NCBI GenBank assembly: GCA_965202585.1
Contig: OZ241828.1
Span: 35,588,001 to 35,652,000 of the forward strand
Reading direction: 5' to 3'
DNA length: 64,000 nucleotides
DNA from: Thalia democratica
Taxonomy: Eukaryota
The notes beneath the pieces were generated by a model. That model searched no databases, was not told the DNA's origin, and saw only the letters and a program-made list of their open reading frames with translations. Shown piece after piece: positions 25,501-39,147 of the stretch. Numbering within the stretch: the first letter of the stretch is position 1; every line of letters starts with the position of its first letter. The position numbers and the translations under genes are program-made.

Positions 25501-26272
25501 TGCTTTTTAAAACAATCACTAATGATAAATTTGCCCTTTCATATAAAGTTAGTTTTATATAAACATCTATGTAGTTTTATTTCTCTTTATTTCAAACTTG
25601 TTTTTGTAGTTCGCAATTATTAATTTTTGATTAGCATTTTTTCTACAAGTTGTGGAACAATTTGTTATATTTTTTATTTACAAAAGAGCAAAGTTTCTTT
25701 AAAAGTAAGTTTCACATAATAGTTTTTTATAAAAATCCGTGACAAAAATAGACCAATACTTGTTTTCAGAATGGCATTAACAGGAAAGGCTTATTAAGAT
25801 AGATTATTTAAATGAAAATACATGTAAGTTTGTAATTTTACTAAAACATGCAATACTTTGTATTTAAGAAGTTATGTAAATCGAAAACGAACAAAGTTTA
25901 ATTTTATTTATCTTAAAACAAATAAGATAATTGTAAAAAGTAACTTGCTACATAAAGTCATAGAACACTTTTACTAAAGAAAAAAAAGTATGTTTGTTTC
26001 AATCAAACATTAAAAGTTTGAATAAACGTTTTAAAAACTTTTTTTTTTTTAATCAAAAAAATAAAATAGTTTTAGACAAAAACTTGTGACTTTCTTTAGT
26101 AGTATAAAACTAATAAATAATTTTTAACCTGTTTCATTACAAAGAATACAACTAATATTCCAGTGTTAAGCAAAACTCCGAGTAGACACTGAACTATAAA
26201 AATAGAGTGACTTATAATTGAGTTTTTAATTAAAACATGTTCATTTGTCGAGTTCCACAATTCTGACGTCAT
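14914..26272 (-). CDS. Class A (rhodopsin-family) GPCR copy A, chemoattractant/C3a-receptor-like with giant ECL2; 8 coding exons, 655 aa
   Basis: Exons 26272-26129, 24854-24716, 21874-21708, 20868-20741, 20611-20361, 18938-18306, 17073-16931, 15276-14914 sum to 1968 nt with matching phases and GT-AG sites. Motifs: GVLLN (TM1), IAITD (TM2), ERF (TM3), W4.50, FFLPY/SY (TM5), CWLP (TM6), NPIVY (TM7). Confidence 0.88.
16931..17073 (-). CDS. GPCR A exon 7: end of ICL3 and TM6 (CWLP)
   Basis: TTTACAG|AT GGG TAT ... ATG CAG|GTTTGT. Confidence 0.9.
18306..18938 (-). CDS. GPCR A exon 6: distal ECL2, TM5, ICL3
   Basis: ACTCAG|TA CAG TTG ... AAA A|GTACGT; ORF track 18274-18933. Confidence 0.88.
19541..19569. 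repeat. (TA)n microsatellite
   Basis: About 14 TA units; shorter in copy C (~60600). Confidence 0.9.
20361..20611 (-). CDS. GPCR A exon 5: entirely ECL2 (FNEHTGNEGPKW...SCEQLKNDNIVYD)
   Basis: TTTTTCAG|T TTC ... GAT A|GTAAGT; open 251 nt in all three copies; missed by the ORF track. Confidence 0.85.
20741..20868 (-). CDS. GPCR A exon 4: TM4 and start of ECL2
   Basis: TTACAG|AAA AAG ... AAA CT|GTTAGA; KKLTYIISGMMWIIAFICILPSII. Confidence 0.82.
21708..21874 (-). CDS. GPCR A exon 3: ECL1, TM3, ERF motif
   Basis: CTACAG|AA GGA ... TTT AAC|GTTAGT; NFHFYINIFLLAAMSIERFVAV. Confidence 0.88.
24716..24854 (-). CDS. GPCR A exon 2: ICL1, TM2
   Basis: TTTTTAG|GTT CGA ... AAC G|GTTCGT; YMIQIAITDVLVCITWLLF. 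Confidence 0.85.
26129..26272 (-). CDS. GPCR A coding exon 1: N-terminus (NST sequon) and TM1
   Basis: ATG at 26270-26272; MTSELWNSTNEH...LLGVLLNTGILVVFFVMKQ|GTTAAA. UTR acceptor CTAACAAAG| at 26302. Confidence 0.85.
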
Positions 26273-27960
26273 AGTCCTAGCTTTGAACTTGACTAACACT
26301 TCTTTGTTAGTAAAAATTATTGAGATAAACTAAATTAACGTTTAGAAGCTGATAATTTATTTAAAACTGGTTAAAAAAAGCTCTCCTAAAAGCTTTTAGA
26401 AGTTCAGAGTTTGAATAATAGATAATAAACTATTTTAGGATTTTAAAGTACATAAAACAATGTAATATAATAGAATACTATTAGTGAGTATATAAAAGTT
26501 TAGATAATGGTATCAAATTTAAGTTAGTTTAAATAGTATTGATTTTACCTATTTAAAAAAAAAACAAGTTTTATACCAAGTGGAAACATTTAGTAAAATT
26601 CTCAAAAAATAATTATTCAAAGCTATTGTGTATAAACTTTGTTACTTTTAATTTGCAAGTACAATTGTAAAATACACTGACATCAAATAAGCATACAAAA
26701 CTTTAACACTAATAAAACATAGAAAACATTACAAACTAAATCAGTATTGTAAGCTATCACTAAACAAAACTTTTAATTTCTGAATACTTGCCACTTTTTT
26801 AATTTACATATCATAAGCAGCTAACAAAATTTAACTGATTTAGGTTTATTTTTTTAGATTTTCTAAACTCTTATGTATGTGTTACGTATAAAAATAATTT
26901 TTAGTGTTAAACTCTAGCGATATATTGCACAATTTAATGATTTAAACAAGTTTATTTTGAGGTACAATTTAATCATTTACAAAGAAATCCATTTCAAAAT
27001 TTTTGCTAGACTAATTTAAATAATAACATTGCTAAGAATATTCCCATTTTTAATTAGACTAGTCTTGGTAGACGTAAGATAGAAAAAAATATATTTTTAG
27101 TTTCTGTAAGTTGTTAATAGAAATACAACTGTTTTTTACGCTTATTAAGAGCTAAAAATAGATAACGAACTAAACAAATTCCTACATTTGTACGTATAAT
27201 GACAACTCGAAGTTATTTTTCAAAAGTAATAATTATAACGGTAATATTGTAACAAAATATGCCTTCCATTACTGAATGCCATATGGCATACATCATTTGC
27301 CATTAAGTCATATACACATTTTGCTCATGACATGTATGAATTAAAAAGTCTCTAAACTTTCAAAAACTTTTTAGAAAGTTGAAAAAAAAAATCTTTTTAT
27401 TTTCTTAAAACTTTTCTGTCTGTATTTGAATTTTTTAGTTGAGATTTAGTTATTTGAAAAACAAGAATTTTTGTGTTTCATTTTCAATTTTTACTTTTTT
27501 TATGTCTTCTTGTTCTTGATAAACTTTTTTATTTAAATTATATTTAGACCTAGCATAAAACTCTAAAACATAAAATTAAAAATTATTTTTTATGATGTAG
27601 TTTTATAAAAAAACAGATACGATGACAATGCCTTTAATTGTAATTCTAATAAAACTGTTTTACAAAAAAAAATGTATTACAGTAAGACTCAAATCACCTG
27701 GTCGTTTTATATTTGAATTAAAAAAAGAATCGAACAGAAAATTATATATTAAGTATAACTGGATACCTTACAAAGAAACTTCTATCAAGTGTAGACTGAA
27801 TGAAAAGCTGCCTTTAATCCCAACATAAATGCACACAACACACATATATTATTCTACATTTCTACCAAAGCTGCTACTTAACATGAAGTGTAAAGCTCTT
27901 TTGACTTTGAACTTCATTAAAATAAAAAAACAATCCATTGGTTTAAGTTTTCATGTTATA

Positions 27961-28059
27961 GAAAGTTTCAGTGAGCAAAACCTTCATCTTACATACCGCT
28001 GACCACTAACAATGCGCAAATGTCATATAAATTACAAATCGAATTTATATACAAACTTC
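27961..28059 (-). promoter_or_regulatory. Putative core promoter plus short 5' UTR exon of GPCR A
   Basis: 99 bp identical to 48501-48599. TATATAAA (minus) at 28044-28051; donor GCG|GTATGT at 27997/27996. Confidence 0.55.
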
Positions 28060-28659
28060 ATCCTTTCGATACTCACATGTTTCTTTTTACTTTTTCGTTC
28101 TCTCTTTTAAGGAAGCGTGGTTGGATAACGGCTCGGTTTGAAATTTTCAGCATTTAAACTTTGGTAAGTAAGCTTAAATGCTGACAGGCGAATAAAATTT
28201 AGAAAAGTTATAACTTTGAATTGTTTTTTGAAACGAAAGTTGAATAAAATTCGTTTTTTAGATTGTTGTGTGAACTAGAAAATTTGTACAAAAGTTTCTA
28301 GAAGTTTTGTAACTAAAACTAGAACAAAACTTCCAACTTGAATGAAAAACATAAACCATTTTACAAAACAAATTAAATTGATAGTTTAAACAAAGCATTA
28401 TGAGTTATTTACTTAAAAAAATATTTGAAAAATCAAATACGATTAGTTGTACGACACATCTTTTGAAATATTGTAAAATGTTAATAGGGTATTAATGCAA
28501 CGCCTTGAGTTATCTAAGTACTTTTAATCAATAGCAACAAAATTATATTGTCCATTATAAATTTACTAAAGAGTGATTACCTTTCATTTCATACAAAATG
28601 ATACAATTTACCACAAAAGTTTGTAAAAACACCTCTCAATATTTAAAATATTTGATTTA

Positions 28660-28830
28660 TCAGCAGCCCTACCCAAAAGCACGCGCGTCGCCAGTTCGCC
28701 TTGTAACCAGATTTTTTCACAAATTTCACGTAGAACGCATTTTTCAACAAACTCAATTTATAACACAAGTTGCGTTGAGAAAATTTCATAATTACAGTTT
28801 AGTAACGCTGCTTCTCGCTGGAAACATCAC
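28660..28830. promoter_or_regulatory. Conserved CpG-containing upstream element of GPCR A
   Basis: Indel-free, high identity to ~49190-49360 amid more diverged AT-rich flanks. Confidence 0.4.
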
Positions 28831-31189
28831 TTTTTCAATTATTCAAAAATAAAAGCATTTACATATTTTTTTACGATTTTCCTTTGAATTTTTTTATCTA
28901 AGTATTTTCTAAAAATTTTATCTAACCACAACCTTCCTTTTGCTATAATTTTTTTTTAAACTTAACATTACTCAGTTTTAATAGTTAGTTTTTTGCTTTT
29001 CACTTTTGTTTTCGAAACCACTAGTTTTAAGTTCTTTTGTTTTAATATTATTTTACTTATTTAGAAGTAATTAATAAAAAAAGTTTAAACGTTATTTTAG
29101 TAAAAGTTTTAGCAGTATAACTGACTTTGTAACTAAAATATAAAAAGTTATAATTGAAAATAAGACCGTTTATAAATTTAATAATAAGAATTATAAAACT
29201 ACTATTACTATTTTATTTCAAAAATATTTTCTAGTAATACTTATTTGTTGTTAAAATTTTCATAAACATTTTCTTTTGTGTTTGAGTTCATTATGTTTTT
29301 ATCAAGATGAAATTATTTAGGAAGTATTTTGCGGCCTGCGTTTTTGATTTTTGAATACTTTTTAAAACAGATTTAAAATAAATATAAGGTTTTTCTTTTG
29401 ACAACAAACGCTGCTTTAAAATATAATAAATATTTAAAATAACTAATAATCAGTAATTTTCCTACATTTTCAAAAAATTACAACAACAACTATTCCGTTA
29501 TTACAACAAACTTATATTTTATACATGTGTAAAGTTTATCCTTTTAAAGCACAAGTAATCCCTTTTATAATAATATTAAAATATGAATAAAAAACATAAA
29601 ACCATCTAAAACAACTTTACAATTGTTCATTTACATAAAAAATTTTGATTTAAGTATTTCTATTAAATTTTAAGAGTAATAAAAATGAATTCTGATCCTA
29701 CTATCTACACTATTAATTTAAAAATAACAGAAACCACTTATCATTATATGTTATATTAAAACTAAGCCAGAATTATGGTTCACTGTTTATTATTAGTGAT
29801 AAAACTAAATAATTGATAAATAATAATTAAATACTTACTAAAACAAAATTTCCTCATTTTTTGTTTTATAGTTATCGCTTTTATTTATAGTAAAAAATCG
29901 TATGTACGTTATCATGTACAGTACAAAAATCAAATAAAAACATAAATAGATGTTCAAACATCGTTGTAAAGTTTAATAATGTTCTTTCAACTTATGCTAC
30001 CGAAATTAATTCTGCCTAACATTAGGTTGCTGACTAAACCTCAAAACTATTAATAATTATTTATGTTTTACAGCTATTTAAACTAAGCATTTCATTTAAT
30101 ACCGTAAAACTCGTGACTTATTGATGCACAAATACAAAAATGTGCATAAACTTTCATAACCCGTTTGTATATACACACAAAAATTATAATTTATTTTGTA
30201 TAATGTTCCTTAGTACGTAATAAGATTGTACCAACACAATATCAACCAAACGTTAATTAAATTTAATTGTATACAACCATACAGTCTGATCGTTGACGCA
30301 TTAAAATTTTAATTAAAAAAATTGTGAACAGAAAACTTGTGTTAGGTCATATAATTTCAAACGGTAAACTATAACATATTTTAGTGTATAAAATCGAAAA
30401 AATGATTCAAATGATAAAATTCAATTAAAAATAACACTAACACTTTACTGTAGTATTGAATGTATCTAGCTCTCTTGTATTCAATATAGCTTATTTTTAC
30501 AAACAAATACTGTTACAAGTATTTTATAACACTATTACCTAAAGCTATTTTATAGTTTAAAAAGGTAACAAACATACACATTTTTATTTATATTAAACTT
30601 AACGTTATCTTGTTTACTCTAACAATTTTATTTTAGCAAGAAAATAAAACTCAATTTTTCTGCTGTAAAAGTGTTTTGTTTAACAAACGCTTTTTAATAC
30701 TAAGATTTTCATACACTTTTTTAATATTGTTTACTAGATTTCACAAAAGAACCTTTTAGTCTCTATATTAAAAGCATACTACCATATCGTTAAAATAAGC
30801 TCCCTTTTTTCTGCTGTCAATACAAACGATTTCTATGATAATAATCTGTAACAATTGTATGAATATCCTTGGCTGAAGTTTTGTTTTGAATTAATCCACG
30901 CGTTAGTACATGTCAACCACGAACAATATTTATCTCATTTTTGCGGCAGTTACAAGTATGTATCAAAAATTATTGAGCAAGTTTAATTCTGGTGTTGTTT
31001 TTTCTAAATGTATACTTTAGTTTTTTAAATTGTATTAGAACACAACAAGGTAAAAAATATTTTTAAAACCGGTTCACTTTTCGAATAGTTGTCACTACAA
31101 TTTAATTTTAAATAATCACACAATTGTTTGTTTAAAACAAGTGTACAGTTGAATTTTTTTATTCATAAAGCTTATTGTATGAGTTTTAA

Positions 31190-31245
31190 GATGTTTGTTA
31201 ATTTGTTTGTTAATTTGATGTTTGTTAATTGTTTGTTAATTTGAT
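31190..31245. repeat. Short GTTTGTTAATT minisatellite
   Basis: Four units; not expanded at the paralogous site (~52080). Confidence 0.7.
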
Positions 31246-33595
31246 CAAAGGAGGATAAAATAGTTACAATTTAGTCACTTTAGAAGTTAGTAATGCATGA
31301 ATTATGTTCACATGATCAAAAAAACTTAATCCATACCTTAAATTTAATAAGAGCAAGCATAAAACAATGACTTTTATAAGATAAATTTAAATAAGCTTTA
31401 ATCAAAGAACATGTGTAATGTTTAACCGATGCATAGATTAAAACGATGTTATGTTTAAAAGTACTTTAAAGATAATAAACGTAAAAAAGCATCGTTCTAA
31501 GTTTTAAAGCTAGCTTTGAAGAGATATTAAAAACTTTTAACGCACTTATTAAAGTTTCAGTAAGTTTGAATATTCATAAAATCAATACCTGATATTTCTC
31601 AGTGTATGATATTGTAAAGTTTTTTAGACGCGGATTATTATTTAAAAACAAGTAAAAGTATTGTTTGTGCCCTAAAATGTTTTATTATTTTATTTTAAAC
31701 TGTTTCAAATACCGTTTAAATTTTAAGAAATATAACCTAGGTTAAGCTTATAATTAATGACATTTTTGGATAACTTTTCTGGTGTTTGGAAGTGTATGAA
31801 CTGCTTATTTTAAAATATATTAGTGCATCATTGTAATACTGATAACAGTCTAATTAGAATACTTTTTCTATATTGAATATAGCTCATACTAAAACTATAA
31901 GAACTCATATAATTTTAAAGTTATAAAGATATTTGTTTAAGTAGTATCTTAGTAAAAACGTCAACAAAAAAGTTTCTTTTTTAGCTGAAACAATTGGTGA
32001 TCTAAAAAATGCATGTTTAATTTAACCTAGTTCTCATAGATTAACATAAAGCTAAAAACATTTTATGAAACTTTAGAAAGATTTTATTCCGCTATGATGG
32101 ACTATCCTCACTACAACAATAAATTGAATTTTTAGTGTTAATTTTTTCAATTGTTATCTGCATAACATGTTGTAACTTATAACTAAAATATTATATAAGT
32201 ATGAAATGTATTAAAAGATTAACAAAAGCTATACTGTTCAAAAGATTAAATTACCGAGCAATAGTTATTTTTGTTATAGATAGTCAGAATGTTAAATTAA
32301 GTATAGGAATAAATCTCAACTATCTAAAAAGCGTTTGTTGATAAATGTGGTTAATTAGTGTAAAAGTTTATTTTATATGTAGATCAATATGAACTGTCTA
32401 GTTATGTCAGAAAAAATACCTTAAATGTTCGTTTTTTATTGTATTTACTTTATATAACAATAATCTTTTTACCCTTTTAACAGTTTTAAGTTATAATCTA
32501 TAAAGGTTATAACATGGTCTTCTTTTTTTAAATACAATTTTATGGAGTAAATGCGCCTTTTAAGTTTACAACTTTTGAAATATAAATCTTTTTGTTTTAA
32601 ATAATAACTTAAGTTTGTTACAATTTTTACTTATTTTTGTACAATGTTGCACTTTTGATTTATTTAAAAACTTTAATATTAATGCAATAAGTTGAGAAAC
32701 AGCTGGATATTGATACATAAACAAAATTGAAACAAATTAGACTTTAGTAGTATAGATGTACTTACCACTGTTTTGTAAGCTGATGAAAACAGTTTTAAAA
32801 AACAACTGTTGGCTAATACTTTATAAAGAAAAACCAAGCGTTAATGTTGAAAACATAACTTTATAACATTTCGCTTAAAAAGAATTTTAGAGCTAATACA
32901 GTTATCAATTCCGATATTTTCTACTACGACATGTCCATTTATTTATATATAAAATGTTATCACAATAACACTTGTTTAATTTTGTATAAACACAACTGAA
33001 CCCTTTTAAACTTTGTTACGTAAATCTAAAGTAGCTTTACTAATATTAAATTACAAATAAACGTTCTTATACGCTATCAAAAAAAAAAAAACGAAACAAA
33101 ATATTTTGTGCATTTGAAACTATACTAGGATGTTTTGTTTTATTTCCTTTACACTTTTTTTTTGATTTTATCATAATATTTTACAAGTGCTAATTTTTAT
33201 GTTTTAGAAGAGTAACATCATATCTAGCCGCTTTTTTAAAATTTAAATGAGTTCTGACGGTGTATAATTTATTTAGCTGTTTTATCATTACAAAAGTAGT
33301 AATATATTTTGAAGAAGTATTATAAGAAATTGCCTTATTCTAAAAAGTTCTAAAGTATTCAAGTCTTTAAACAAAAGTGCTACTATTTAATATAGTGAAT
33401 CATGAAGTTATAGCTGTTTAGATTAAAAAAAAATTAATTTAAAGCATAGGTAATTTCGAATACACGTCGTAAAATAAAATTTACATAAGACTAAATATGT
33501 ATTATTATGTTTATTATTAATTATAAACATAAATGATAGAACTAAATCTAGAAAAATTATTTTGTAACTATAAATAAATTTCTAAACAAAACTAA

Positions 33596-33635
33596 ATTTC
33601 TCGTGCAATTTAGTTCCCTCGTGCAATTTGTCATA
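33596..33635 (-). repeat. TTGCACGA-repeat remnant (family of 5829-5968), terminus deleted
   Basis: TCGTGCAATTT twice; paralog of 54468-54523. Confidence 0.6.
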
Positions 33636-34089
33636 TGATTTAGAGTAAAACAAAAATAAAATACTATAAGATAATAAAAGTGTATTCTTAAATTATATGC
33701 TTCTATTAAAACTAGACAACATAAAGTCATTTTTAAGCAACACAGTTGGACAATTATTATGCTTGACTCAAGGTATCTAACAAAACACAAGACAGTATAA
33801 TTTTTTTTTAAGTATAGGTCGCTAAATAATTAATATTGTCTACTAAATGAATGTTTTATACCTTGTATGGTTTCAACTTTAATAACTCTAATTGAGAATG
33901 CATAACATGTACATAAGGTAGCATAGTATTTAACTAAACAAACTTTTAGGCTTTAAAATTTGGTTGATAAACTTGATATTTTTAAAAATTTTGTACTTCT
34001 TTTGGCTTATTTAAGTCATCTCTTCAATGACTTCAAAAATTTTTGTATAAATAACATGTAGTTCTAATTATAATAAAATCAACATTTCA

Positions 34090-34720
34090 TTTTATAATTT
34101 TAAAGCATGTGAATAAATATGGAATTTTTTTTAACAATATAAACATTTGATAAGCTTTCTCAAAACAATATTCCCTGTTTCCCACGATACCATTATTTAT
34201 TCAAAAAAGTTATTTTTTTTTCCAATGCGTAAATATCGGCGGGTGTCTTTCAAATACGCGTTAGCTGATTCTCTTTCTGCCGCTTTCAGTTTTCAAATTA
34301 CGATGATCAATTGAAGTCGACGTTTGAACAAGTTACATTCAACATCTAGTTTCAAGAATCAAGAATATCAATTATCGAGCATTAAAACGTCTACATCGTT
34401 AGTATTTTATAGAACTTTACGATTATTAATACTTTTTAATGATTTTATTTGTGTCTTGAACTAATAGTTTCTTTCTTGAGAACTAATAATCATTACTTTA
34501 AATAAAGTAGCTTGCATTGATTCAAAGTGTGTTTTATTCATAACTTAGGAATAAGTAACTTTAAGTAAGACCAAAATTTGTAAGCTCAGTACTGTAAGTT
34601 ACTATTAAGTAAGACACGTAGTTTAGCTAAGTAGTTGGAAACAACATATTTAAGATCATAAAAATAACCATTATCATAAATATATCTTTGTGGTTATTAT
34701 AAAACTAAATTTGCTATATT
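34090..34720. mobile_element. Copy-B-specific ~630-bp insertion containing a dispersed repeat
   Basis: Absent in A (~13300) and C (~55100). 34465-34620 matches the reverse complement of ~55900-56040 (AGTTTCTTTCTTGAG; TAACTTAGGAATAAGT). Confidence 0.6.
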
Positions 34721-36565
34721 TTACTCTTACTTCGAAAAAATTTCAAAACATACAAACATTGCCTAAATTATTTTGTTTGTCTACCAAGTCATATTGATGC
34801 TTGCTACTCTTGTGTAAATAAGTAAAAAAGATAACATTTAAAATATTTATACAAATTAAAAGAGTTAACTTTTTCATTTCAAAATATAAATGCAAAGTTA
34901 CCCCCATTTAGTAAATTGTAGATTTAAATATTTTTATATGACTTTTGTCATAAACTTAAAGTCAAAAGAGTTTTCATATCTCTTTAACCTATAAACTTTT
35001 TTTTTAAATTTTACTTGAATTCTAAATCAAAATCTAAGTTAGTAATACCATAGTGATTAAGGACAATAGTGAATAAAATGTTAAAACTGTGTTGTTTTTT
35101 TAATTACGAGTAGATGGTGTTAACATCTTAAGATTATACTATTGAAGTATTGCTGCTAAAGGCATAGTTTCATTTACTTAATAATTAATACATTAAACAC
35201 ACTTACTAATATATTACTGCCAGCTAGATATAAAATTAATGCAATTCTCAAGATAAACTGAATAACATATTTGATAACAAATGACGTAAGTCAATAATCA
35301 AATCTTAAAAAAAATTAGTCACTCATCTACTTAATTGTAACCTTCTAATAATTAAGTTTAAAAATAAGTTAGTTTATTTCTTACGCATTATTCAAAATAT
35401 ATAATATTCATTTTATTAAGATGTGAAAGTTAACACACTGAAACAATATATTTAACCATTGACCTTAAAACTAATGTAATTAATTAAGTCTTTAAGTTTA
35501 ATTAAACTATAGATATTTTAAAAACTTAAATTTTTATGATCTTGTCTAAGTAAATAACTATGAAGTGTAGCTTATTTTTAGGAAAACATTTCCTTTTTAA
35601 ACGTAAAAACATTAGCTAATAGCCTTTTAGTAATTATTTACGTTAATGATATTTTACCATAAATAAACAAAAATTATGTTTTTAGAACTGTAATTTGAGT
35701 CTCCATAAACCATTTTATAATTTTAAGCTGCAATAAAATTTTTTATTATATATAATTTCTGTGTAGTTTTTAAATTAATCGTTACCAGTGGTCATCACGG
35801 TGTGCACTTGTGTTAAGTAGTGCACATAGAAAATTTAGTTTTGCCAATCTATTTTATTGATTTTTGTTTTAATTTAATACAATTACCTATCAAAATATAA
35901 ATTAACAGTACTTAAAACTTTATTTATATATATAAATACTTAAAAAAAATATCACAGTTTTTATACTGTTTGTAGTTTTGTATTCACATGAAATTATTAT
36001 CAAGTTACTTAATGTGTACAGCTTTTGAAAAAGTTGAAGAAGACTGAACTAGATGCCAGAAACATAAGACTACGTTAAAACAATTTATATCATGCAATTA
36101 ATAGAATGTTAAAAGTCGGACTGAATTTTACTGATAGTGCATAGAATGTTCTTAAAAATATTTCTCAGTAGCAAGTTTTTCAATTTAAAGTTTTTTCTTA
36201 GCTTATACATATTAATCTTACAAAGAGATTTTCAAATAAAGTATATACAGTCTGTAAAAAAAATGATGGTTGTTTATGACAAAAATTTAAAAACTTAAAA
36301 AATAAAAAGATTTAGAACAGATGAAATTTGTCGAAACAATTTAATCGATAAAGAAAAATTAATAGTGCAGTAAACCTTAATAAATTTTTAAAGATTTTTT
36401 TAGGAAAACAAAATTATCACAAGATAAGTATTAGTTAAACATACTAATTTTTACTAAAACTTTTTAAAGTTTGCATACACTTTGCTCTAATCTTTATGAA
36501 AAAGGCAGTGATAAATACAAGTCAGAACGATATGAAACGATAAAGTTCGATTAATTCAAAAGAAG

Positions 36566-36928
36566 TCATGAATCGCTTTCTTCGTTTATCGGCGACAAGC
36601 TTTCTAATTGGTTCGTTTCAGCGGCAGTTTTATTCATCCGTTCTGACATCAACAAAGGACTGACAACTGTGGTATCGATTTTGGGGCTTTTATCGTTCGT
36701 TTCATTTACAAACTTTGTATTAGCAGTGTTCTTACTGTACATCATTGTAAAATTAGGAAATCGGAAACATTTGTACAATTTTGAAACGACGTGCTTTCTT
36801 ATGTACTTGTTAATGTCTCTCTGTGTTGTGACGTACACAATAGGGTTCAGTAAAACGCTGAAAAAACTTATAATTCGGACTATTGTTATAATGGCATGGC
36901 AATAGTTTAGGTCCTTTTCTTCCAAGCC
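36566..36928 (-). CDS. GPCR B exon 8 (TM7, C-tail)
   Basis: Paralog of 14914-15276. Confidence 0.8.
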   Translation of the reverse strand, partial: GLEEKDLNYCHAIITIVRIISFFSVLLNPIVYVTTQRDINKYIRKHVVSKLYKCFRFPNFTMMYSKNTANTKFVNETNDKSPKIDTTVVSPLLMSERMNKTAAETNQLESLSPINEESDS

Positions 36929-38447
36929 CTACAAAGTTTATTTAATTTAATTAAAAGTTGTTGAAACGTATCATATAAAATGTTTTAATAGTATTGTACA
37001 ATGAACATTTAAAAACCAGACAACATGATTAAATATATTTTTTTACAAGTATAAAGTTTTTATACGTCACATGTTATTCAAGTTATCATGAAAAATGTAA
37101 AATTAAACATAAAAGAATAAAAACAACAACTTAGTCTTATTAAAACTTGATAGTATTTAGAAAAGTTTAGCTGTTTTAATTTTACAAAATTTTAGAATGT
37201 TGTAATTAAAAATTAATATTTAGTTTTAATTCCTCTGGTCCTATCTTTTTTTTCTGTTGCAGTATGTTTTAAAAGTCTTTTTTTTATATTTCAGTTCAAA
37301 ATTAACATCTTATAATTTTGTTGTACTTTAAATAATGTATATATTGAAAATTATCTGTTAATTTACTAAGTTGAAATATCTTTGGTTTAAGTTCAGTATA
37401 TTTTCTAACTTTTGAACTTTAAACTTAATTTCTAAGCTTTGTCTATTTATTAAATAGCCGTTAATGTTAGATCAGTTACTACTTTTTAAGTTATTACACA
37501 ATAACTGGATAATCAAACCTTATACCTACATATAGATTAATTAGTTTTATAGTTGTATAGCACGTTTTTAATGTGTAAATGTTATATAAAAATAAAAATT
37601 GCTAGTTAGGAATTATTTGCTATTATTAAATATAAATGGTTTGGAAATTTTAAGTTAAAAAACTCTTATGCTGATCTATGGATCAAAAAAATTTATTAGA
37701 ATAATGAGATTATCAAATACAACTTACATGTTTTAATTTGTACTTTTAACTTTAAAAGCACTCTAAAAAAGTGAATAAAATGTTACTAGTTATAAAAGAT
37801 AAGTTTTGTAAAAAACGAAAACTGTTTTCATGTAATAAAAAGTTTTGAAGAAAAACAAAACTAAGTTTTTTATATAGCATAATAATCATAGATGATAAAA
37901 ATTTGTTTTAAATGTGTTTTAAAAATTTAGTTAAGCACAAAACAAAAAAGTATAAGAAAAAAGTTTCAACATTCGTTATGTTTCAGAAAATTCAGTACTG
38001 CTTATAATGTGTAATTAATTATACTTTAGCTATTAAATATATATTTGCTAAGTATATTTGAAGTTATAAAATACTCTAAACAGCTTTATCTAGCTTTAAA
38101 AAATATACTATAATAATAACTTAATTTAAGCTTAAAGAGAAAATTGTACTGTACCATAAACTATTTAAAATAAGCAATAAAGATCAATAGACTTAAAAAA
38201 TATATAAAGTGTTGATAGAGTGTTCTTAAATTTATGTCTTAGATAAAAAAATTAGACTTAAAAACCGCTAAAAACTAATTAAATGTTATCATTTATTAAA
38301 TTTATTCGTCAAATAGTTAGAGTATTTTAATTATTAAACAAATAGTTCTTTGTTAGACTGCCTAAACTTTTAAACTTAAAATCGAAGGTCAAAATAGTTA
38401 AAATTTAAAACGAGCTGATTTTTATAACTTGTGTTGACATTACAAAC

Positions 38448-38590
38448 CTGCATAATGTAAACAACCATGAATATTTTTTGTGGTAACCAGCATATTGAGA
38501 AGACAATCACGTAGGCAGTCACTGTTTTAGCAATCTTGATGTGTTTTTCAGCATTTTTGTAAGCTGCGGTTTTAACACTTAAATACCCCA
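38448..38590 (-). CDS. GPCR B exon 7 (TM6)
   Basis: TTTTGCAG|TG GGG ... CAG|GTTTGT. Confidence 0.8.
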
Positions 38591-39147
38591 CTGCAAAAGA
38601 GTGTTTTTTTTCAACAAGCATATAAGATATTATATTGTACTGGTAGCGTTATCAATAAAAGCTTAATAATGTTATTTTTTAAAGGTCTCTAATTTCATAC
38701 TATTTTTTTTGCTATTTCATTTTATTAAGTTTGAAAAAAGCCTATTTGATTTTTAAAATACTTTAAGTCATAGCTTATGTCAAGAGATAATTATAAAAAC
38801 AGTTTTACAAATTAATTTGTTCTAAATACGTAATTTATGCTTATATATACATACATCAAAAACTAGAAGTTTATATAATTATATACTAGCTAACTTAATG
38901 GTATAAACTAAATACAAATTTTGCAAAAACAATTTTGATTGTACTAAAAGTGTTAAAAAAATGAATATTCTTAATTTTTTTTATTAATAAATTATTATTC
39001 AATTCTATTTTACATATTAAACTCAATAGTGGCTATCCTAAGCAATATTCAACTATTGAATTGTTCTTTTACTATTTTACTATAAGATAAAGTTTTCAAA
39101 ATAAAAAATACTAAAATTTGTTGTAAGCTTCGTAGTTCAAAACGTAC

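Larger units (their letters stand above)
12950..33730. repeat. GPCR segmental repeat, copy A (~20.8 kb)
   Basis: CACA(A/G)TTGGACAATTATTATGCTTGACTCAA at 12961, 33741 and 54752; colinear homology throughout. Confidence 0.9.

Noticed and set aside
35801-35826. TGTGCAC...GTGCACA hairpin as a Helitron 3' end
   Set aside because: No CTRR terminus at the expected distance; weaker in copy A (14154).
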